This document shows, piece by piece, positions 14,192 through 27,100 of a DNA stretch of 64,000 nt. The position numbers and the translations under genes were made by a program. Origin of the DNA: Euprymna scolopes (Eukaryota); assembly GCA_053919585.1 (NCBI GenBank), contig CM132786.1; one strand, written 5' to 3'. Numbering within the stretch: position 1 is the stretch's first letter; every line of letters begins with the position of its first letter. Below the pieces are notes generated by a model. That model did not search any database. It had not been told where the DNA came from and worked only from the letters and a program-made list of their open reading frames with translations.

Positions 14192-14929
14192 AATACACCC
14201 ATTTTACCTTATTCCAATAATCACTATAAATTACAAAAACGGAAATGAGATTATATCCATATACCAATAGAACGATAATATATAAACATTACTTGCCACT
14301 AATACGAAACTAAAACTAAGCGTAACATCTTTACAAGGTTGTTACGACCATAATATAATTATAGATACCAAACTTTTAAAAATGCTTTTTACAGAAATTC
14401 AATCATTAGGAAATAATGGAATTTAGGAACCTAAAAAATGGGATATATTAAAAAAATATATTTTTTTAAATGGCTGAGGGCTCCCCGTAAAAACTTCAGA
14501 TAACTCTGATCTTAAATAAGGATACAGAAAATTAGGCGAGCCATTCATATTTAAATGGGCTTTTCCGTAACCACAACCAAGGTAAATGTGTCTCGTATGC
14601 TTTTCCCGTAAGGGACCCCAACCCCACTTTTTTTTCTTTATAAAAATGCTACATTGCTTAAAGTGTATTTATTCATAAAGTCTAAGGAAATGCTGGTTTT
14701 TGAAAATTGTCAAACGATATAATGCTTGAAATTGGCGAACTAGACCTTGAAACAATTGTAACGTAAAATGAAATACACTTTTTGTTGCCATCAACACATG
14801 GTCTTGAAGTCTTGATTTTGCACACACAAGCTCAATTATTAAATGTGATAATTTTGTAGCTTAATCCTTAAGTCAACCATTTTTTGTTAAAAGCTATTGG
14901 TATATGACAATTTACTGAATTACACGAAC
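13645..14929 (+). mobile_element. Copy 1 of a ~1.3-kb interspersed repeat (probable non-autonomous Helitron), runs into an N gap
   Basis: Colinear with 18515-19841 throughout, for example GTGATTAATAACAGATG, AAACATTACTTGCCACTAATACGAAACTAAAA and GAAATACACTTTTT...TGCCATCA. Confidence 0.7.
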
Positions 14930-15091
14930 NNNNNNNNNNNNNNNNNNNNNNNNNNNNNNNNNNNNNNNNNNNNNNNNNNNNNNNNNNNNNNNNNNNNNNN
15001 NNNNNNNNNNNNNNNNNNNNNNNNNNNNNNNNNNNNNNNNNNNNNNNNNNNNNNNNNNNNNNNNNNNNNNNNNNNNNNNNNNNNNNNNNNN

Positions 15092-15488
15092 TGTTGCTCG
15101 GCTGTTTGAGGGTCTATGTTGAGAAAAACAAAACGGTCAATTTTTTTTTAATTCGACCACTATTATGGCCCCTAAACTTTTATTGGTTCGTGCTCAAATG
15201 AATTTATTAATTGTGATCCATGTCCAAGTAACCTATATCTAAAATCTCAAGTGTTTAGACCCCAATTGGCGGAGGCGTTTGCTAGAGTTCCAAAAGTGAA
15301 ATCGTTGAAATTTGACCCCTTAACAGCCAAATTTCTGCCTGAAAATCGATCACGAAGATGTTCCCTAATCTCAGTACACTGTATATCAAATTTCGAGTGT
15401 AGCCTTTAAATTGACAGAGTTATTGCGTAGGGAATGTACACACACAGACTCACACAGACACACACATACACAGGCCACAGACACGTTC

Positions 15489-15495
<7 letters not shown>
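15092..15495 (-). mobile_element. Non-autonomous Helitron, short (A) type, 3' end lost in gap
   Basis: Reverse complement matches the 28472-28852 and 29764-30170 units (GTGTACATTCCCTACGCAATAACTCTGTCAATTT...). Confidence 0.8.
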
Positions 15496-15537
<42 letters not shown>

Positions 15538-15550
15538 TATATATATATAT

Positions 15551-17093
15551 TAGTACTGACAAAAAGAAAGTCCGCACTTTTCATTTTTTTTCAGCAACTG
15601 GAAATTTAAGTTAAATTGAATGTAACTGTTCAATAAACCATACACCATTTTATTTGTTTATATTGGAATTTTAATTGAAATATTCCAGTGTTCAAGTCAA
15701 TTATTAAAAAAATAACTTCAAATTGAGGCGACAAAACAACGTCCAAAATGGATTTTTTTTAATGTAACTTTCGGGCATTAATGCAACACTAATACAACAG
15801 GAACACAACCAGGAGTACATATCTAGTAGCAAAACTCTTCTGCAATTTGACAGCCTGTCATCTTTTGGGAATTCCGTGAATAAAACTGCAGCACTACTCC
15901 GGGTAATGCCCAATCTCACTTTTCTTTAATTGTTGTCCAAAGTCGTCTCACAGTTTACATTTTATCACTGTGTATTATTGTTGCTTGATGAAATGCCATG
16001 CCTTTTCTATAGGGTTAATTTCTGGAGAATGTACAGGCTAATTCACGCACGGAATATCTTGCTCTTCCAGGAACCTCGTCACATGCCCTGTGTGAGTGGG
16101 AGCATTATCCTGAATGAAGATGGGATTATCATCCAAATTCCGACTAAAGTAGGGTGGAAAATGCTCAGTCAACGTATTAATGTACTTGATATAATTAATT
16201 CGACCTAGCAAGCGAACTATAGGCACTGGACCATTAATACTAATAATGCCCCACAGCGAAACTGAACCTCCACGCACTTGCAGCGTTGAAACTGAGCACC
16301 TAGGATTACATTTTTCGTTTTTCTTCCGGCGGATGTGCATCCTACCATCACTGACTCGCCTATTGATCTTGCTTTCATCGCTAAAAAGCATTTTTTTACC
16401 AGACGGCGCTTTCTGTTCTTTACAGATATCATTGACTTGCGTCTTGCAACACATTCTCGCAAATTAAATCCCTTTAATTTGTTCTTGACAGTAGAAAGAA
16501 ATCTCTGCTTAACAAGATTGCACTGCTGTTGGATCGTGTGAACTGTTTCTTTTCTGTTTATCAGGCTGTGGATCTTGATAGCATTGTCTTCCATGTAAGA
16601 AGTAACTCTAGTACGACGAGATTAAGGGGCATCACGAACGTTGCTGGTGCTTTTGCACAGTCTTCCATACCGTTTTTTCATCACATTTCAATCTCTGGCT
16701 GATTTCTCGATGGGATTAATGTGATCATTTAGAAAATGGTCGAGGCATATGGACTAAATGTTAAATCGTATAACCAGGTACAATAACAATTACGAGTAGA
16801 GTTGCTTTGTTGCCTGTTTGCGGATATGTTATACTAAGTAAGGCGCTTTAATTAAAGCTGGTGTAAGCGCTTTTTTGCCGAAGACTTTCTTTTTGCCTCT
16901 GCAATAGGAAGGTTTTTTTTTAATTGACATGACCACTAGAATATTTCAATTAATCAAAAATGAACAGTGAAAATTATAGAGGAATAAAAGCGAATCAAAT
17001 GACGCATTGGTTGTTAAAACAGTAACAGTAAATTTACCTGGAGGGTAAAGTTTTTGAAAAAAAATACAAGTGCGACCTTTCTTCGGTCGCCTC
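15551..17093 (-). mobile_element. Tc1-family DNA transposon, full length but decayed
   Basis: Transposase motifs LFSDESK, GGSVSLWG, FIQDNAPTH and *PVHSPEINPIEKAW. Degenerate TIRs: TAGTACTGACAAAAAGAAAGTCCGCACTTTT at 15551 versus AAGTGCGACCTTTCTTCGGTCGC at ~17068-17090. Frameshifts and stops are present. Confidence 0.92.
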
Positions 17094-17099
17094 TCTCTC

Positions 17100-17143
<44 letters not shown>

Positions 17144-17144
<1 letters not shown>

Positions 17145-17978
17145 TGAATGGGGTGCCCGTCGTTCTCCGGGTTTTTTAAGGATTGTGTTGAACAAATAAA
17201 AAAAGTGGTAGTAGGAAAGCCAGCTCGGACCCCTACCTCCCAGGAGAAAAATAACGAGAAAACGCCTGTTACGACATCCGCCAAACCGGAAGTGACGTAG
17301 GTTTAATTTAAGCCTAGACAGTCGAAAAGAGGGGATGACTTTCAAGAATACCGGCGAAAAAAGCGACAACTTCCAGTTGATGGTGCAGAAATTAATGTTT
17401 CTAGCATATTTTTCGGTATTTGTTGTCTGCAGGGTCGAGCTTTACATCGACACTGATCTTGTTAATATCCGTCGCCTCTGTAAAATGGTTTAGGTAGACA
17501 GGCAAACACACATTTATATATTGGTAGCTCAAATTTTCGACACAAACCGATTAAAACGCTTACCGTATCTCTGAATACCATTAGTGTAAAATGTTTAGAC
17601 CAGAAATTTTCTGAGTAATTTGGTAGAGACAGTAGAGGTCATTTTTTAAAATTTTATATCCTATTATGACCCCTTATCATTCATTCTTTTGGGCTTAAAT
17701 CAAGATATAAGTTAGATCCATGAGGAAGGAACTGATATCGAACATTTCAATTCTTTATACACTAAATTGTCGGTCGAGTTTGGTAGAGTTCTCAAAAGTC
17801 AAATCTTTGAAGTTTCTGGCCGAAAACTGATTAATAAGGTTTTCCCAAACTTCAATACATATTATATCAAATATCCCGTCTGTGGACTGATAATTGAAAT
17901 AGTCATTGCGTAAGGAAATGTACAAAGACAGACAGACAGACAGACACACAGAATGTTTCACTTTTATAAAAGACTAGA
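17144..17978 (-). mobile_element. Non-autonomous Helitron, long (B) type
   Basis: Minus strand starts A|TCTAGTCTTTTATAAAAGTGAAAC...(TCTG)n and ends with hairpin CCCGGAGAACGACGGG. Colinear with 28861-29761. Confidence 0.85.
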
Positions 17979-18514
17979 TGTCATAAAAGGATATCTTCGC
18001 AGGAATAGATTTCTGCTATCACGCCTTAAATGTAACAGGGGTATAACCTTTTACAACAATAAGGATCATTGGATGCTAGGATTACATTTTAATGTAGAGT
18101 TAAATAGCTAGAAATGTTATAATCTAAATTAAGGATGCAAACCTAACATGCGAATATTGTTTCTACTACTCTAAACCGGGAAGAAATACAAATAAATTAT
18201 AAAGCTCATCTAATAATGGCATTTTTCTCCATAACGGTGGGCATTTTTGTATTCAGTTGTAGCAGTATTGACGATGAAATAAGCAATACCCTCTTCAAAT
18301 CAATAAAACAACTTAACAACTAAACTAGTTTTTATTAAAAATTAAATTTTCAACTTGGTGGCTGAAAATTATTTTAATTGATTTTGTCATCTAGCATCTT
18401 AAGTTACTAGAATCCATGATTTACTTATTTACTTACTTTACTCTCTGTTCTAAATGTTTTTTACCCATAAATGCATGAGTAGCCATCTTCTAATCGGAGT
18501 GGAAAGCAGTTGTA

Positions 18515-19288
18515 TCTATTGGTTATTTAGATGTCAGAATAATAAGTAGAGTATATATACTATTTTATTTAGAGACCCAAGAATACAACACAGGAATTAT
18601 AAGACATGAGCAGTATAAGTGATTAATAACAGATGTGGGTTAAACCCATGAGTAAAAGCCAATTTTTTTAAAGATTAAAAACATAATTTATATACTTAAT
18701 TTGAAAAATAAGCCATCATAGTACGTTTTGGATGTGTCTGATTTAATTAATTATTAAATCATAGTCGCCTTCTAGTTACAAAGAACCGAAAACACCAATC
18801 GGCCTGAATTAGCTCTCTTTAGCTGTTATAGGAAAAACCGACCCAGTTTCCAACAGAATTCACTATAGCAATTAACAACATAATTGGCTTATCTCCCCTC
18901 ATAATTTTCTTTAGAAATGATATGAAGACATATTCAAGTAGTATGACAATAAATTTTAAAACATGAAATAATAATAAATAGATTAGAATAGCTTTCTCGA
19001 AATGTTATACAAGGATTTATACATACAATACAACCTTTTTATCTATTCTCATATTCAATTAATCTTTAATCCTTAAATGGTCTTTGATCTAAGTACTATA
19101 ATAATGAAAATCTGTAAACATTACTTGCCACTAATACGAAACTAAAATTATCCGTAACGTCATTGCAAGGTTGTTACGTCCATACTATAAATATAGAAAT
19201 AAAAATAAAAAAAATATATATTTTTATAAAAAAAATAATTATTTGGAAATAAAGAAACAGTGAGATCTAATTTAAGAACTCAACGAAT

Positions 19289-19356
<68 letters not shown>

Positions 19357-19841
19357 TTTAATGGCTTAGGGTTTTCTGTGAAAACCTCTCTGTTCTTAAA
19401 TAAGGATATGAAAATTAGGCGTATAGTAATATTTAAATGGGGGTTTCCGATCCTGCAGCAAATGTAAATGTTTCTTTCATGCTGTTCCCGGTATGGGAGT
19501 TTTTTCCATTTTTTTCTTACTCTTCAAAAATGTTCTATTGTAAAAAGTGGGTTTATTCATAATGTCTGAAGAAATACTGGTTTTTGAAAATGTTCAAATG
19601 ACATAACGTTGGAAATTATTCGAGTGGACATGGAAACAACCCTAACTTTAAATGAAATACACTTTTTTGTTGCCATCAGCACCCTATTTGAAGTCTTGAT
19701 TTTGCTTTCACAGTGTATTAATGCTCAATTACGAAAGATAATAATTTTGTACCTTACTCCTTAAGTCAACTTTTTTTGACTTAAAACTCATTGGTATATG
19801 AAAGTTTACTGAATACACGAACTCAGTATATCACAGACTAG
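18515..19841 (+). mobile_element. Copy 2 of the ~1.3-kb repeat, probable non-autonomous Helitron
   Basis: Begins A|TCTATTGG and ends with hairpin TACTGA-atacacgaac-TCAGTA, then 9 nt later CTAG|T. Homologous to 13645-14929. Confidence 0.65.
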
Positions 19842-19865
19842 TCTATATATATACATACATACATA

Positions 19866-19901
<36 letters not shown>

Positions 19902-19903
<2 letters not shown>

Positions 19904-20500
19904 AGCAGGTCCGCCCGACTTGGCTCGGAACCTATGTATTGTTGCTAGAGGTTATGTGCATATGCATATATAAAAGTTTGAATATGTAATGTAATGCCTT
20001 TCTGTATAATAGTCTGCCTTAACTACCATTGATATCTAGATAGATAAATAGATAGATAGATTGGATGCAATATATAGTAATGATTTTAATAGTATTTAAA
20101 AAAAGACTCATGTGCCACCACCGAGAATCGAAACTAAAACGTTTAGTTCACGATTTAATTTGCCTCTGCAGTCAATGATCGGGCTAGTAAAACATGCTTA
20201 CCGCAAGGCTAAAAATTAAAACATGAACCAATAGCAACTACGGCATACATTAACAATGCCGGCTTTCGACCTTTTACCTGGCAAATTTCGTTTTTTTTTT
20301 TTTTAATTTTCACACTTTTGCACCGATTTTTCTGGGATAAAACAAAATATCAACTTTGCTTGGGTTTAAATACCTTATATATGAAATTTCATGTCTGTAG
20401 ACCAAAAACTCTAGGAGGAGTTTCATATGCACATCTTATTAAACAAAAATATATACGTATACATAAACATATATGGAAACGATTTTCTGTTTACTATAAA
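19902..20500 (-). mobile_element. Non-autonomous Helitron-like element
   Basis: Minus-strand 3' end CCGAGCCAAGTCGGGCGGACCTGCTGG|T (hairpin + CTRR). Contains (GATA)n. 5' boundary approximate. Confidence 0.55.
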
Positions 20501-20957
20501 CGTTTTACGCAAATATTATAAAAATATAAATCATGTAGAATATCTGCATGAATATAATTACACCTAATAGTTAAGTAAAGATATATAGCGGTATCATTTA
20601 CAGATTCAGCTATGATGATAGATTTAATATACCTCACATCTCCAGTAAACTCATTAAAGATGAGACGATGAAACTTTATCCTTCCACATTTGAATATATA
20701 TTTAAACACGCCAAAGCAAATGAAAACATTTAACGTTAAATTAGATGCGATTTTAAATGTACAAATTGTATTTATTTTTATTTTAAATTAGGAGCTTATA
20801 AAAAATCAAAGAGAAATGCAATTTATGTTTAATCGCTCTAAACTCACCAACAATGTCTGATCCAATACATATAAATCTATTTTTAAATCCGAAAAAAAAA
20901 CTTCCACACAAAGAAATGCTATGACGTTTATGACATTTTAAGATAAGGATTCGTTAT

Positions 20958-21355
20958 ACGTACTATTTTGATCCGTCGGACTACTGTTCTCGTGTTGAGT
21001 GTGATTCTACAATATTTCGGCTGATGTAACCTTCGAACTTTTTAAGGTGTATCTTGTCGAACTCAGAAAAAGGCATGTCTTCTGAAAAATAAATCATCAG
21101 TGTGGGCAACTAAAAAATACAATTACGAATTACTTAGGCCCTTTAACGCTTCACGGCTGACGGAACAAGAAAATGCTACCCCCGTGAAATAAATAAAGGG
21201 TTCCGCTCTAATGTTCGTCCAGATTTCCGAGTTTGACAGAAGCATGGCCGAGTTCGATAAGATACATCTGAAGAAGGTCGGAGGTTACATCGACCGAAAA
21301 ATTGTATAATCAAACTCAAGATGAAAACAGTAGTCGGATTAATCACAATGATACG
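20958..21355. mobile_element. Inverted pair of Penelope-like pseudo-LTR segments carrying a hammerhead-ribozyme-like core
   Basis: The ~105-bp arms (20958-21066 and 21248-21355) are reverse complements. The right arm has CTGAAGA-A-GGTCG-gaggttacat-CGACC-GAAA. Confidence 0.7.
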
Positions 21356-23699
21356 AAAATATATACAGTTTGGTAAAATGAATCGAATCGCAGCGTTTTA
21401 AAAATATAAAAGGAAAATAAAAATAAACCATCTCTAAGCACAGTCTGTTGTGTTTAATAAAATCCTATTGTTCTTTTTAGTTTACTATCTAATTTTATTT
21501 CGAGTTATAAAGTTTACAACTCAAATGGTTGAAATTATAACTGATATTTATACATAAAATGCAACAATTAAACGATAATATTTCCCTAATTAATAAATGT
21601 GTCCACTTAAACTATAGGAATTTTGGTGCTTTAACTATTCTTCTGTATAACAATATTATATTCACAAAAGTGGCACACTCTGTTGCTAATGCCATTAATA
21701 TTCTATATACATGGGTATTCCATTCCCAAATTATCGATAAATAACACTTTCTGAGCATTTCAAAATATGGGAACAAAAACGGTGTCTGCTGATGTTTCAG
21801 CTTTGGCAACTTCAGATTTGGTCACCTACAATTGTCCACGTTGTCATCTATTCCTATCCATCTAACTGATTACCAATTTAACATTGGCGTAAAATATTGA
21901 ATCTAATGAAAAGCACACTCTGGGTGAGAACAATAGTCCGCTGAACGCAAATAATACAAAGTGATGCTATACACGCATGAAACATTTTACAAACAATTAC
22001 ACTGAATCTATACTATTTAGATATATCACAACAACAGAAAGAAGAATAACGATTATTCGAGTTCTATTCTGTGTTATTTAAACGTAGAAAATAATGATAT
22101 GTCACGTTTCTTCATTTAATGGCCCTTTCATATTTTGAAAAATAAACACAAGCAATGCAATATATAAGAGTAGCGATAACGTAAAAAAAATTAATTGTAT
22201 AATAACAAAATATTAAGTGATGAGAGTTTTTCTAAACAAGAGAAATATAAAATTAAAAAAAAAAACACTGAAAGATTTTGCCAAACAAATAAATCAAATT
22301 ATCGCATTAAACAATTGTTTGCCATGCCAGAAAAATGATGAAACACATTTTTTTTTACTTTATTAAACATATATTTTTCCGTGTTTTAGGAGGTGTATTA
22401 AAATTTCGTTTATCCCTCGAGCATAATTGAGGATAATATTCGACTTTTATTTTCATTAGTTACACTTATAAATCAGAGTATAAGTATATACCCCTATGTA
22501 TCGATTACCGATCCGTAAGCAAAATAAAATTCTTTCTAAAAAAATATTGAACTTTAAAATATTACTTGTAATGTTGTTTCGAAGATTTCGTTTTCTAATC
22601 TTAATTATACTATAATATATGTTACTGTGCAATATACATTTGGGGGGTGTTAAACTACACAGAACTACATATTCAAATAACAAATAACGCGTTATGCGCG
22701 TTAATAAAACCTTCTTCGATTTCATTCACAAACATATAACGACACTTGGAGACCGATTGAAAACTACATTGATTAAAATATTTATATTTGTTCTTAGAAA
22801 AATGGCGTCGTAATATTATATTTAATTACATTACTTGTATTATTTTAACCAATGATTGCATGTATTATTATTTTTATTGTTAGTTTTGCTGTATATTTGT
22901 TTACTTTAACGAGATAAAATATAAGAAAGGAAGAAGCTTTATAAGTAGCATAAATCGAATAATATTTATAGGTTTTGAACAATCATGTACATGCTCGAAT
23001 GCAGTTGATATATTTGCAAATTGAAACAGGACTTTTAACATGATTAAAATAATGTTGTAGAAGCAAGCATGTAATCAAGCAACATTATCCCCAAGAGTTT
23101 TATCCGGCAGCGGCAAATAACGAGCTTCACAAATAATATATTTTTGTGAATTTTTTTCTGAGATATATACTAAAATGTTACAAATTGTATTTCACAATTA
23201 AACGGTCTCATGCGTGTGTAAATACTTAGCATTTTTCAGATCAATGCAAAAACTTACCATGAGATATTCATTTTTTTATAAAAATACTATAATCTCATGA
23301 ATATATTAACGCGACCTGCATATATGCTGACAATTTAAGTATATATGCATTTAAATAGGAACGAAAGAACACCAGGAAAAGAAAAAAATGCTTCTTTATT
23401 CCTACAGAAAATAAAACATGAAATCCATTAGAGAATAGCCCAAAAAATATGCGTCAAACATTTATTAAATTTAATAATTAATATGCATGTTATTCTATCT
23501 ATCTATACATGTGTTATGGTGTAAGTGTTAGAAAAATATGAAAAAAACACGGGAAACGTGAAATGAATATTTTAAACAGAAAATCCAGAAAAAGATGTTG
23601 GTTGATTGGAAACCCCGCTCAACTAAAGAAAAAATAAAAGTTGCGATTGCCTCTCATCAAGTCCTCGATCCAGACTACTGAGGAGAAGAAACTTGTAAC

Positions 23700-26600
23700 T
23701 GAAATGACGTCAGGAATATTCTGCTGTCACAATTAGTCAAGGTGTCACCCCAGCACTTCCTTCTCAAGTGTTTTTTTACTCATAAAAGCTGATAATATTT
23801 CGTCCGTTAAGGAGCGCTTATTAATGGCTAGTTGACTTTCCCCTACCGAATCGAACGCCGTTGATAAGGGGTTGATAGCGAGGGGTCGGAATCGAATGTT
23901 TTGAAATTGGAATGAATAGATCATGTATTTGATCCTTTTACGGATCGAACACAGATCACAGAATGTGTTATTTTTGTAGCTCTTGAAGAAAGTTGTGTCT
24001 AATGGTGAAATGTTTACTGTGTACGGAAGTATTCACTTGAGGTTTTATCTGATTTGGTAATAGAGTGTGTCAAAGACGGGTCTCACCTTCCATGTAACAG
24101 GTTTCTGCCAATGTGACATCTGTCAGAGTTTAGGATTATTAGTATGTCTATGGACGTCGGCGAATGTTAAACCTTATTCAGTGCTTGTTGGAATGTACAC
24201 ACGAATCGTTCCTCGCGTTCATTCAATCTTAGTTTATCGTAGTGGTAATGTTTTTTTTTTGTTATCTTGATTGTACCGCAAAAGCATTTGAACTGCAAAT
24301 GTATACTGGTTCTATTAGTGCTAAAGATTTAATCTACTAAATTGCAACGTATAAACAGTGCAAGTAAACCATCAACAGTTATCACAATTGTGGGCAATTT
24401 GGACTATAATACATCAGACAACATGGTGTAAATATCGACTACGATTAATAAATAATGGTCATCGTTTTCGGTCAGGGTTTAAACGTGATGGGCAGTAGAT
24501 TTTGCAGCTAGTTTGCAAGACATAGTTACACATTAACATTTTAACATGTTTTGTCCAGAAGTTTCCTTGTGAAAATCTCGTACACTTCTTTTCTGCAGAG
24601 TGACCACTCTCTCGTAATATAATAGGACCTCGTTGCAAAGCCAAAATACTTCTGGAATTTATTGTCCTCTATAGCGATTTTGCTTTTGATATTGGAGATA
24701 GAGTCAGATTTTTGACTTAAATTTGTATTTCAGGTGGGACACTAGAAGCTTTCTAATTTGTTTGCATATTGTGGCATTTATTCGCAATCGGTGCGGAGCA
24801 CAGCAATTATGAAATCCTCAAATTTTCCCTTTCATTTGGTATCAGTCTTGATAGGCCATAAAATGTCTAATATATTTTGATGACATACACTTTATCTTAA
24901 TTATAATTTAGTTGATTTGTACTCCTGTCTTAATAGTTGTCTGATAGTTTACATCGATAAGCGCTTTCTGGGGCCGAAATGTGCGATAACGTCTTACGAT
25001 CGGTTTGCAACGTGAAAGTTATGCCATGTAAGGTCTTATGACATTTCATTACGTCGACTGTGATACTTAGAGCTTATTTTACTATTTGTGAGTATTGTCG
25101 ATCAGCTGGCAGTAGCGTTCTCGATTCATCGGCGAGCGCTTTTTGGTACCATAGAACATTATATTGAGTATACAAACTTTAATACCATATCAGCGTGCGT
25201 CGCTCGCTGATAATATTTTACCTGTGTCATAATTAGGGCTAAGAAAATATAATATTCTTATCATCGTTTTGACTCTCGAATATTTATCGGCACAGTTTCA
25301 CACAGTTATTAAAGCGATAAACACATCAATCTGTACAAATGCATTAGCGATTGAGATGGATAATGCACTTCCGTACAACTCATGCTCACGACCAATTCAA
25401 GTCATTCTAAGGAGCCAGATAAAAGATATCAACTTATATACACTCGAGGATCAAAATAATCCACTCATATGCTGTTTTCATTGCCCTAGTAATATTATGC
25501 AGAAAACAGTTCCAATGTAAGAGTATACTTTCTTTAATAAAAACGCCACTTGATATACAGGCGTACATTTGTTGCTTTTACTTCTTAATGAATTCATTTA
25601 GTGGAACTCGTTAGTGCTGCGTGTTCTTTATGGAAACTTGGAAGTAGTGTTAAGTCCCAGAAAGCTTTGGAACGCTGGTATATTATCGGTAACAGGCATG
25701 GTCGTCTTCTCAGTGTCGCCGCGAATTTGCTTTCTTTATCAATTATATGAGCTATTTACTTTATATCGTGCATGAAGAATCACTGTCCCCCATTTACTTT
25801 AAATCAGAACTTGATTTTTTTAAAAGACTTTGTGCATTTGTTTGCGATGTTCGTGTGCAGATATACTGGTAATATGACGTCGTCCAATCGGCGCATGCAA
25901 ACTCGAGACCGTCTGTCATGGTATCCCTAATTTGTTGCAAGATCGCAGGTGCGGGCTTGCCCATGAATGCTAACATCTAAAAGTTGTACAGACTCTTAAG
26001 TCGATTGATGCAAAGAAGTTCAGAACAGTCCCCATTGACGGTGATCTGTACATACGCGTCACTTATGTTACGGTTGTTGTATACCCTCTCTGGTGTTGGA
26101 AGGATATAGTAGTAATCTTTCAGGACCGTTTTCAGGCACACATAGAATTTGATTTTTCTTTTTTTTTATATATATATATAACACAAAATGTAGGTGTAGC
26201 CCATTCACGTGTGCTTATTTCGATATTATTTTGGGTGTTTCATGCCAATCCAGGTCTTTATCAATTTTCTCGAGTGCCGCAAAAGGGATGTTTTGTTTCC
26301 TCTAAAAAAGTATACAGTGTTTTCTTTTAGTTAAAATCTGGCTATAGCCCTTGCCCATCGTCCGAGTCCAGATGATAAAACTGATTGTTTTCCCTTTAAC
26401 TCGTGCTTCAATTGCGGTTTCATAAAATAATTTGTTTCTTGATGGGTCCACAGTTTAAATCGATCAATCCAACTGTTCCGAAAAAATTTTCGATATTTTT
26501 GTGTACAGACTTTTACTTTTTGTTGGTACCTTTAATGCCACCGAAAGTGTAAGCCTTCTTCAATGTTCTCGTTGCACGCCCGGAACAAGGAGCATGCCTT

Positions 26601-27100
26601 TTTGACAAGTACCGGAGGAAGTCCGGCGAATTCTCGATGTATGCGGTTACCAGGCTTGCTTTGGTGTTGTGCGAGGTCATGTTAGTGATGTTCTCGACGT
26701 ATGACAAAATGGATTTTCCTGCGGGTTAAGGTCAAAGTAATAGAGGGGAAGCGAAGGAAAGGGTACAAGGTCGTAGCACTTTTCCTGAAGCTAAACCTCG
26801 GGTTCTTTTGACTTGTGTGCCGGCGACGACTCCTGCTGCAACACACAAGGTCTGTCTTCCGCCGGCTGGTTGACCCAGAAGACCAACGCAAATCCAGCTA
26901 TACTTCGTTTTTGAATTTCAAGTCGACTTAAACAATGTGAGCTAACATGATATGCCCCTCATTTAAAACGACACCGAAAGGCTAATCGTACCCGGAAACT
27001 TCGTTGAACTCTGCCCTCAAGCGTTGAACCGTCTGAATTTGAATTTAGAGCGTACTGGACATGGTCCCGTAATCATAACTTGCATCGTATGTGAGCAGGA
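23700..27100 (-). mobile_element. Decayed Gypsy (Mag-like) LTR retrotransposon pol: RT, RNase H, integrase
   Basis: Minus strand: NIPFAALEKIDKDLD; KPAPAILQQIRDTMTDGLEFACA (RT); ILSASDAR*YGI...SRTLLPADRQYSQIVK*AL...FTLQTDRKTL (RNase H); integrase Zn-finger remnant near 24.6 kb. Purine tract GAGAAGGAAG followed by TG at ~23755. Outer boundaries uncertain. Confidence 0.85.

Noticed and set aside
13645-19841. LTR pair of one retrotransposon
   Set aside because: No TG..CA ends, PBS or gag/pol between them. The interior is Tc1 and Helitrons.
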